From: Bdellovibrionales bacterium
GTDB taxonomy: Bacteria; Bdellovibrionota; Bdellovibrionia; Bdellovibrionales; UBA1609
Assembly (NCBI GenBank): GCA_965200875.1
Contig: OZ241456.1
Coordinates: 334,588-398,587, forward strand
Direction: 5' to 3'
Length of the DNA: 64,000 nt
Below are positions 8,002 to 15,061 of this stretch, one piece after another. Made by a program: the position numbers and the translations under genes. Within the stretch, counting starts at the first letter, position 1; every line of letters begins with the position of its first letter. A model generated the notes under the pieces. That model searched no databases, was not told the origin of the DNA, and saw nothing but the letters and a program-made list of their open reading frames with translations.

Positions 8002-10575
8002 TTATCTGCATATATTTTTATAGTTGTTATTATGTGTGCCAATATAGATTATCTGAATAATGCCATTTTGATCTTTCTTCCAACACACAACATACTTTTT
8101 TCCACTTATATGGGCATGATAAACATGTCTGTCTCTGAATCTAAATCCTGTTGAGGGTTTACTTACTCCTCTTGGTAGTGTTTCGTTTGGAGGAGGTGAT
8201 AATCCTGTTCTTCGTAAAATATTCATTAATTGTGTAAGCTCGTTCAATTTCTCTGGTGGGAATTTATTGCCTTTGTGACCTATATTATTTGCTCTATTGT
8301 ATGGAAGCATTACTATGTGGTTTTCTCCTGCTCTTCTTTTTATCCGTGTTAAACCATTTAATAATTCTTGTATTTGTGTTTCGTCCGTTCTTGCTAATAG
8401 ATTGCTGAGGATAGTTACTGTCCGCTCTCTTTCCTGTTCCAGTGTTTGTGGTGGTCTGTTGTGTCCAACCACTCCATCTTCCATAAGTGCTCTTACTTGT
8501 GAGGCTATAAAACCAGCTTCTCTTAGTATTGTGGCTTTCTGTCTGATTTCAGGTCGGGTATAGACAGTGCGAGCTTGGTTTATCCAATTAGTGACTCTAC
8601 TAAGCCTTTCTTCTCCTACAAGATGTGCTCTGTGGATGGCTCTTACTTGATCATTGCTTAAAGTTTGCCCCAAGCTTTCTTCTGCTGATTTTCTGAGTCT
8701 TCGTAAGTCACTTATTTTTTCAGAAGTTTTTTGAATCGTACGAGCTAAAGCCACAGTCCCGGGAACAGCAACTGGGAGAGATAGCAAAGCCACATTCATC
8801 AGGCAGGATTTGTAATTTGCCTTTAAAGTGGCTGTCTCCTTGATTTCTTCACTACAGCTGTTGTTAGAACTTTGAAACTTAGCTCCCTCTATCCGATTCC
8901 AGTTTTCATTGCATTCGTCAAAAGTGTCTTGTACATGATCCATTGAAGCCAAAACTTCCGCACTCAATAAAGCCCCCGTCATGCCTCGTGTTGGCTTGGT
9001 TGCTCTTCCTGCTGAAAGCACTCTTGCCACTTTTACTGCCGCTTTTCCTCCTAAAGCGATTCCTGTAAGTCCTAATGTTCCTGCCATCAACAAAGCATCT
9101 AAAGCCAGACCTTCCATTAAGTCATTGGCACTTTCTCTTTTGTCTCTGGCCTCTTCCCGGCATTGCGCCGCCTTGAGTGCAGAAAGCGAAGAGTCCCTCA
9201 GGCCATAGCTGTTGGGGCTTTCCAAATCATCCAGCTTAGGAGAGCTGGCAATAACCTGCAAAGTATTTTGACATTGTTCAGGATCATAAACTTGACTGTT
9301 CAAACATTTTAAAGCTTGTTTTTGCTCTTTCAGTGTGTCCATCAGCTCGAGACTGGTCACCTCTGCTTGATCTTTAAGTAATCGAACCACCTGTTGAGGA
9401 GACTCCTTTTCCTCTTCCAGAAGATCCGAAAGCCCAGACTTAAATTTATTGCCGTTTATCCAAGGGTAAAGCTCATCAATCATCCCTATTGTTGAAGTTA
9501 GTTTTTTTTCCTGATCTGTCAAAGATTTCAAATCCTCACTCAGCACTGATAAATTCTCTGGAGCTTCAGAGTTTTGCCGGTCTGGTCTGGTTTTGGACCA
9601 AGCCCCTGTCCGGTTTCTTTGAATATACTGATCTGCTACAGAAGTTATTTGCGGGCGAACAGATTTTTTAAGCTTATCCTCTAAAAGCTTTTTGGCCTGA
9701 AGGGCCTGTATGGTTTGTTCAGCCACATCAAGGGATTTTCCAGGAGCGGAACATTGTTTTAAGTTCTCGCACTTTTCAACAAGTGCGGGAAATTCCTGAA
9801 AATCACAAGCCACTTCAGGGAGCAGGGAGTGGCCTTCTTCTCCGACCATTTCACCTAAACTGGCAAGGCTGGTCAAAGTTTGCTCAATGCCTCTTTCAAG
9901 TTTCTTCATGGAATAATAGTAATCGGCCACAAATCGTGTTTGATCCTTGGTTGTAACTGCTCTTCCACTTATCCTGCCACGCCGGCCTCTTCCGCTTCTT
10001 CCACCGACCCGGTTTGTTGTCTGAGGAAGACAGTCAGGGGAGCTTACAGGTCTTAGGGGAATAAACGATTCAATAAAATCAGCTTGATTGATATCAGCTT
10101 CCAGATGAGAGGGGTTTGGTTTTGCTCCATCGGTTTCACATTGGGAAATAGGTGAAGAGACTATCCCCAGATGAGAGCTTTTTTGATCCTGAGACAAAAA
10201 TGTTTTTAAAATGTTGGGACAGCCAAAGAGAGCCTGGTTTTCTAGGCAAACTCCGGCGCAATTTTCTTCCAAAGGATCTCTTATGGAATTAATTTCCAAA
10301 AGAGTGCTCATTTGTTCTTCGGCAAACTGGTTATGGCATTTCCGCTTTTCCGATTCCTGATTTAAGTTTATAAATTCCTCTAAAGAGGGACAAAAGCAAC
10401 CCGTTTCTGTATAATAAACTCCACCGATCTCAGAACACTGTCTGGTGTTGTTTCTTTCTTCACGGGTTTGTTGATCATCCTGGAGAGATGATCTGTCTGG
10501 TTGAGCCAAGGCTGTTGTTATTATCAACATCCAAGTTGTAAGAGTCATAATCATTTTTACGAGAATCATAATCAT
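8002..10575 (-). CDS. large secreted modular protein with C-terminal YafQ/RelE-like (BECR-fold) endoribonuclease domain; polymorphic-toxin-like
   Basis: Signal peptide ...MIMTLTTWMLIITTALA|QPD, then a Cys-rich N-terminal region, an Arg/Gly tract and long coiled-coil-like segments. Two hydrophobic helices follow (GLALDALLMAGTLGLTGIALGG; CLMNVALLSLPVAVPGTVALA). The last ~105 aa align by eye to E. coli YafQ: KLNELTQLMNIL...LSPPP...GFRFRDRHV...YVVCWKKDQNGIIQIIYIGTHNNNY versus KLKYLMTLL...LPLP...GYRDAHV...WILIYKLTDKLLRFERTGTHAALF. Confidence 0.7.
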   Translation of the reverse strand: MIMILVKMIMTLTTWMLIITTALAQPDRSSLQDDQQTREERNNTRQCSEIGGVYYTETGCFCPSLEEFINLNQESEKRKCHNQFAEEQMSTLLEINSIRDPLEENCAGVCLENQALFGCPNILKTFLSQDQKSSHLGIVSSPISQCETDGAKPNPSHLEADINQADFIESFIPLRPVSSPDCLPQTTNRVGGRSGRGRRGRISGRAVTTKDQTRFVADYYYSMKKLERGIEQTLTSLASLGEMVGEEGHSLLPEVACDFQEFPALVEKCENLKQCSAPGKSLDVAEQTIQALQAKKLLEDKLKKSVRPQITSVADQYIQRNRTGAWSKTRPDRQNSEAPENLSVLSEDLKSLTDQEKKLTSTIGMIDELYPWINGNKFKSGLSDLLEEEKESPQQVVRLLKDQAEVTSLELMDTLKEQKQALKCLNSQVYDPEQCQNTLQVIASSPKLDDLESPNSYGLRDSSLSALKAAQCREEARDKRESANDLMEGLALDALLMAGTLGLTGIALGGKAAVKVARVLSAGRATKPTRGMTGALLSAEVLASMDHVQDTFDECNENWNRIEGAKFQSSNNSCSEEIKETATLKANYKSCLMNVALLSLPVAVPGTVALARTIQKTSEKISDLRRLRKSAEESLGQTLSNDQVRAIHRAHLVGEERLSRVTNWINQARTVYTRPEIRQKATILREAGFIASQVRALMEDGVVGHNRPPQTLEQERERTVTILSNLLARTDETQIQELLNGLTRIKRRAGENHIVMLPYNRANNIGHKGNKFPPEKLNELTQLMNILRRTGLSPPPNETLPRGVSKPSTGFRFRDRHVYHAHISGKKYVVCWKKDQNGIIQIIYIGTHNNNYKNICR

Positions 10576-10595
10576 TCAGTTGTTTGCAGGCTAGC

Positions 10596-10622
10596 TTATC
10601 GGTTGTCTTTTTGTGGACTTTA
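10596..10622 (-). promoter_or_regulatory. sigma-28 (FliA)-type promoter candidate for the 8002-10575 gene
   Basis: The minus strand reads TAAAGTCCacaaaaagacaACCGATAA (TAAA-N15-ACCGATAA). It is nearly identical to the 2600 copy. The -10 element ends about 20 nt upstream of the first in-frame ATG (10575). Confidence 0.4.
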
Positions 10623-10880
10623 GACTTTTATCTTAATTTTTTTAATGAAGCTCAAAAAAATCGTTTATTTTCCCAGACCATTAAATGCGCTCTCTCTTCC
10701 TTTTAAATGTGCGCACTCTTCCTTACAGGAAAGAAATGTTTTTTGAGTTTAGTCTTAGGTCCTGAAGTTATCTTTGGTCTTAATTTTTTTTTAATATATG
10801 TCGAAACAGTAATAAGAGGCAGTCGTTCTTTAAGCCGTGAAGCGATGTTTTTTAAATTGTGAATATGAGGTAATTTGTAG

Positions 10881-12254
10881 ATGATATTACGAAAAATGTT
10901 GAGAAATAAAGTCATTATGGTGGTTGGTGTTTTAATCAGTTTTTTAACTTTGGCTTTTCTTTTTTCTTCCTGTGGTTTTGTGAACAAGGGAGGGCCAGGT
11001 TCTTTTCAGGTGGCAAGCCAAGGAGGGCCGGGGGATGGAGAAACGCCCACTTTAGGCCCCCGCTTGCGGGATAACCCCCAATTGGCCGAAGAGAAGTGTG
11101 AGGATAATGATCGTTGTAAGGAGACCTGTCGGGATATGTACCCTGATAGCTATAAAGAATGTTATGGCCTTACCATTCAACAGGTATCCGATGTGGAAAA
11201 TGTTTTTTATGCTCTCGTAAACGCAGATTCCGAAGAGCTGGAAGATATCGATGGCGATCATCTAAAAAATTATCTGAAGATTGGTTTAGATAGCTGGCAA
11301 GAAAGAGTGATCGAAAAACTGACCAGTAAAGATAATCGAAATGCCCGATTTTCCAATATTCTAACATGGATTGTAAACGAAGAAAAAGATGTAGTTCCCC
11401 TTTTGGAAAAAGAAGATCCGAAAAATGAAATTCTTGAACAAATTGTGCTGAAATATTGTAATGTGGCAGATAGTGGCAGATGTGGAAACACGGATAGTGC
11501 AAATCCCCACACTGGAGTTAATAATTTTCCGACAGGTTCTTGTGCTCTTAAGATAACAACCTCCACTGAGCCTAGTTATCGTTTTCCAAGTACTCCTAGT
11601 TGTACGGCTGGTAGCCCTGCTACTCACTATGTTTGTCCAGAGCTTAGTTATTTCCCGGAATACTCCATTGCTCATTCATTTACTACATTTAACGAGAGTG
11701 ATGTTAGTATTGTTACTCAAGATAACCGGGGTTTTGCCTATGGTAACACTCAAGATGGTAAAGATGGTGTGGTGTTTGATTATGCGGATGATGGGGGATT
11801 ATATTATTGCTATCATTTAGCAGTCAAAACATCAGATCCTACCAAATGCTCAGGTGGGGGCTTTAATACTAACTTTATTGGTGACGATTACCCTTGTATC
11901 ACTTTAACGCATAAAAAATTGGCTGAGATAGAAGATGATGACGATAAAGATCTGTTTATGTCTTTGGTGGGAGTGGGAAAGGTGTTTTTTAACAAAGCTG
12001 CTGACGATCTCAAAACAAGTGCTTTTGCTCTTGGGCATAAGCTTTTGGAAAAAGCCTGTAGTGGAGGCACTGATACATCTCTTACTCAATGTATGAGTGT
12101 GTTTTATTGCTGGTTAAATGATCATATAGGTGACGCAGAGATTTCAACAGGTACAGACAGTGAAAAATCATTCCTAAGAAACTCTGATCTTCAGGAAAAA
12201 ATAGAACTGAGGATTGCTGATTTGGAAGAGTGCGATTATAGCAATTTTGACTGA
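10881..12254 (+). CDS. Cys-motif lipoprotein, paralog family member A
   Basis: Lipobox LAFLFSS|C. Motif C-x5-C-x3-C-x11-C (CEDNDRCKETCRDMYPDSYKECY). Shares its C-terminal block (ALGHKLLEKAC...YCW) with the next gene. GAGG RBS upstream. Confidence 0.65.
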   Translation: MILRKMLRNKVIMVVGVLISFLTLAFLFSSCGFVNKGGPGSFQVASQGGPGDGETPTLGPRLRDNPQLAEEKCEDNDRCKETCRDMYPDSYKECYGLTIQQVSDVENVFYALVNADSEELEDIDGDHLKNYLKIGLDSWQERVIEKLTSKDNRNARFSNILTWIVNEEKDVVPLLEKEDPKNEILEQIVLKYCNVADSGRCGNTDSANPHTGVNNFPTGSCALKITTSTEPSYRFPSTPSCTAGSPATHYVCPELSYFPEYSIAHSFTTFNESDVSIVTQDNRGFAYGNTQDGKDGVVFDYADDGGLYYCYHLAVKTSDPTKCSGGGFNTNFIGDDYPCITLTHKKLAEIEDDDDKDLFMSLVGVGKVFFNKAADDLKTSAFALGHKLLEKACSGGTDTSLTQCMSVFYCWLNDHIGDAEISTGTDSEKSFLRNSDLQEKIELRIADLEECDYSNFD

Positions 12255-12324
12255 ACTTTAACAGAGCGATACTTAAAATGATAATGCTCTTTAAGGAATA
12301 AATAGTGGGAAGGAGAGTAAAAAA

Positions 12325-13698
12325 ATGCAAAAAATCAGTTTAAAATCAAAGACAAAGTGTGCTTCTTTTTTTAAAAGAGAAAAAAAGAGCTTAGGATTTT
12401 ATCATATCCGTTTTTTCTCTGGCAAAGGTATGGGAGGTCCATCTTGGAGAAAAATTATCACTTTTTGGCTTCTTATTTTTTCTTTGGGTAGTCTTTTTTC
12501 ATGTGGGCTGGCCAATTATAATTTTGGTTCTTCTAATTCTTCTGCGACTGTTCTGGATTCTCGATCTAATGATGATTCCACGGGAGAGTTTAATTCTCCT
12601 AAAGGTCGTCTGGAATCCTCTGACACTTGTTCCAAGAGTGAGGACTGCAAAGAGCTTTGCGATTCCATGTTGCAAAGATTTTCCTTCCAGAAAAAATGTT
12701 ACGAATATAAGGAAGTGGAAGTGCAGTCTTTTAGAGATGTTTATAACCTTTTAGCAGTGGGAAATCCCAGAAAGCTTTCGCGGGTGGATACAGAGAAGAT
12801 GGAAAAATTTTTAACTTTCGGCCCTGAGCTTTGGCAAGATGCCATTTACGGATTTGAAAGACAGAGAAAAGAAGATTGTACACCCAATGACGGGGCTGAT
12901 GATCCCACAGAGCGTGAGGATTGTAAGCTTGAGGGTTATTATAAACAGGAGGGTTACTGGAGTGGTGGAGCTTTGGCCGCTTTAGAGTGGATCGCAAAAA
13001 ACGACTGGCTGGCTGAGCTTATTGTAAGGCATGATGAAGACCTTGTAATTATGACAAGCCTCTTGGATGTTTTAGCTCATGGAGGAGGAAAAGTTTTTAA
13101 AGACCCAGATAGTGCTATAGAAACCCAAGACAATAAAAACAAAACTTGCAACTTGAATCTCATAGAATTGGATCTGAATGCTAATAGGAATTGTGACAAA
13201 CCAGCCACCGCTAATAATGAGGATTTTAACAAAGATAACGAATGTAGCTTTAAAGACTCTGATTTTGCAAATTTTCACGGCAGGCTTTCTCCTAACTCAG
13301 ATATCAGATTGGGTAATACACCCACCAGTATTTCCGTAAATTTGGAAAAACATTATAAGGCTTTTGGTGCAGACTGTGTAAGTGATGATCGTGAGAACTA
13401 TTTTATCATCGCCGTGGCGGAAAAAAACAAAAACTCATTAACCTTGGGTCATCAGATGGTGGATAAACTTTGCTCTGACGACATCACTTGCATCCGGTAT
13501 TTTTATTGTCATATTAAAAATGGGTTCAAACAGGGTGACTTGATCTCAGCCACAGACCGTTTCACTACAACAGGCACCCCACCAAAATCTGAACCCAAAC
13601 CCGCCCAAGAAGGCACAATACTGCATTACATGGATGATAATAAAGGATCGATTAGTGGCTTTAGAGCTAACACTTACAATAATTGCTATTTTCCATAA
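12325..13698 (+). CDS. Cys-motif lipoprotein, paralog family member B
   Basis: Same 457-aa length as the preceding gene. Lipobox LGSLFS|C. CSKSEDCKELCDSMLQRFSFQKKCY motif. C-terminal TLGHQMVDKLC...YFYCH. Strong RBS GGAAGGAGAG at 12325, but the signal peptide starts at Met36 (12430), so the true start is uncertain. Confidence 0.6.
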   Translation: MQKISLKSKTKCASFFKREKKSLGFYHIRFFSGKGMGGPSWRKIITFWLLIFSLGSLFSCGLANYNFGSSNSSATVLDSRSNDDSTGEFNSPKGRLESSDTCSKSEDCKELCDSMLQRFSFQKKCYEYKEVEVQSFRDVYNLLAVGNPRKLSRVDTEKMEKFLTFGPELWQDAIYGFERQRKEDCTPNDGADDPTEREDCKLEGYYKQEGYWSGGALAALEWIAKNDWLAELIVRHDEDLVIMTSLLDVLAHGGGKVFKDPDSAIETQDNKNKTCNLNLIELDLNANRNCDKPATANNEDFNKDNECSFKDSDFANFHGRLSPNSDIRLGNTPTSISVNLEKHYKAFGADCVSDDRENYFIIAVAEKNKNSLTLGHQMVDKLCSDDITCIRYFYCHIKNGFKQGDLISATDRFTTTGTPPKSEPKPAQEGTILHYMDDNKGSISGFRANTYNNCYFP

Positions 13699-13832
13699 TC
13701 TTTGATACAAATACCTTATTATGGGAACAGCTTTAATCAAAATCGAAAACACATTGGCCACTAAATTTGATATATCATCAGTGTTCATGCTCTTCAGTTT
13801 GTTTCCTGTTTTCCAGCTCTGTCGTCGCTAGG

Positions 13833-14453
13833 TTATGAAACGAATCCTAATACAGCAAATCCAACGATTATCAGACTTCCTAGAATACCCACTAAATTCA
13901 ATGTGAGGTCTTTTTTTAAGAGAGACATATCTTTTTTGATTTCCAAACGCAAAAGTTCTATGTCTTTTTTTACATCAGCGATATCTTTTTTGGTTTCGTT
14001 GCGCAGAAGTTCTATGTCTTTTTTGGTTTCGTTGCGCAGAAGTTCTATGTCTTTTTTTACATCAGCGATATCTTTTTTGGTTTCGTTGCGCAGAAGTTCT
14101 ATGTCTTTTTTGGTTTCGTTGCGCAGAAGTTCTATGTCTTTTTTTACATCAGCGATATCTTTTTTGGTTTCGTTGCGCAGAAGTTCTATGTCTTTTTTGG
14201 TTTCGTTGCGCAGAAGTTCTATGTCTTTTTTTACATACTCAATTTCTTTTTTTACATCAGCGATATCTTTTTTGGTTTCGTTGCGCAGAAGTTCTATGTC
14301 TTTTTTTACATACTCAATTTCTTTTTTTACATCAGCGATGTCTTTTTTAGTGGCCATTACATTTTCCTGAAAATAGATCAGGGTATTGGCTTGTTGTTCT
14401 GTGAAGCCGTTTTCTTTAAGATATTCCACTTGTTTGATTAAAGCAGTAGCCAT
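13833..14453 (-). CDS. DUF1640/Bdr-like coiled-coil tandem-repeat protein, C-terminal membrane anchor
   Basis: N-terminus ...YLKENGFTEQQANTLIYFQENVMATKKDI resembles the DUF1640 head. Then 7- and 11-aa units (KKDIADV, KKDIELLRNET, KKEIEYV) iterate. Ends in a hydrophobic tail LVGILGSLIIVGFAVLGFVS. Confidence 0.6.
   Translation of the reverse strand: MATALIKQVEYLKENGFTEQQANTLIYFQENVMATKKDIADVKKEIEYVKKDIELLRNETKKDIADVKKEIEYVKKDIELLRNETKKDIELLRNETKKDIADVKKDIELLRNETKKDIELLRNETKKDIADVKKDIELLRNETKKDIELLRNETKKDIADVKKDIELLRLEIKKDMSLLKKDLTLNLVGILGSLIIVGFAVLGFVS
13940..14345. repeat. coding tandem repeat, 87-nt higher-order unit (21+33+33 nt) about 3 copies plus variants
   Basis: catcagcgatatcttttttggtttcgttgcgcagaagttctatgtcttttttggtttcgttgcgcagaagttctatgtcttttttta recurs essentially unchanged. 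It lies inside CDS 13833-14453. Confidence 0.85.
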
Positions 14454-14508
14454 AGTAAGTTACTTGTATCAGTATTTTGCAAAAAAGTCAATATTACTTA
14501 GAAATCCT

Positions 14509-14554
14509 GGAAAAAGCTGTTAACGAACTGTTATTACTTGATTTTTTTATAAAA
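14509..14554 (+). repeat. dispersed ~45-nt repeat, copy 1 (orientation A)
   Basis: GGAAAAAGCTGTTAACGAACTGTTATTACTTGATTTTTTTATAAAA. See the copies at 20593, 22057, 30147 and 33703. Confidence 0.8.
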
Positions 14555-14699
14555 AATGTTAAAAATAATTAGCTTGAAAAACCCTTAACACTTGATAAGA
14601 GGTGGAAAGTGGTATAGCTTTTTAATCAGTAGGGTGAGTAAAGTGATCATTTGTAAACTTAGGGGTAAAATATTAAGCTCATATAAGGAGGAATGGCAA

Positions 14700-15014
14700 G
14701 TGTCCACAGAAAATCATACAGAAAACCATATAGTATCTTTTTCTCTTTACACAAAGGTGTTGTCCACTTTACTGGTTTTGACAGTTTTAACTGTGTTGGT
14801 TGCTCAAATGGATTTTGGCGTATTTAATGTTCTGATTGCAATGGGCATTGCTAGTGTCAAAGCGGTTTTGGTTTTGCTTTTTTTTATGCACCTGAAATAC
14901 GACAATAAACTTTTCCCGGTGATTTTTTTTACCGGAGTATTTTTTTTGGCAATTTTATTTTTATTTTGTGAGTTTGATATTATCACTCGCATTCCTGAAT
15001 TTTCTGTATTGTAG
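14700..15014 (+). CDS. cytochrome c oxidase subunit IV family protein (COX4_pro-like), orphan
   Basis: Three-TM small protein. Motif ...VLTVLTVLVA...NVLIAMGIASVKAVLVLLFFMHLKYD is typical of prokaryotic subunit IV. I place the start at GTG 14700, 7 nt after AAGGAGG. The ORF-track start at 14592 has no RBS. No other oxidase subunits are nearby. Confidence 0.65.
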   Translation: MSTENHTENHIVSFSLYTKVLSTLLVLTVLTVLVAQMDFGVFNVLIAMGIASVKAVLVLLFFMHLKYDNKLFPVIFFTGVFFLAILFLFCEFDIITRIPEFSVL

Positions 15015-15061
15015 CATTGTATAAAATGTCTTTCACAAAGCTACTCACCTTGTATGCCTGA

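Noticed and set aside
13940-14345. Regularly spaced direct repeats that could superficially resemble a CRISPR array. The same applies to 20812-21185.
   Set aside because: The repeats are contiguous with no unique spacers. They are in-frame inside ORFs with membrane anchors, and no cas genes are present.
13903-14370. 155-aa plus-strand ORF antisense to the DUF1640-like repeat gene. A similar 137-aa ORF (20853-21266, +) is antisense to the TDTNKKIDD repeat gene.
   Set aside because: These are mirror images of the coding tandem repeats, with S/F/L-rich nonsense periodicity. They have no RBS, whereas the minus-strand frames have membrane anchors and recognisable heads.
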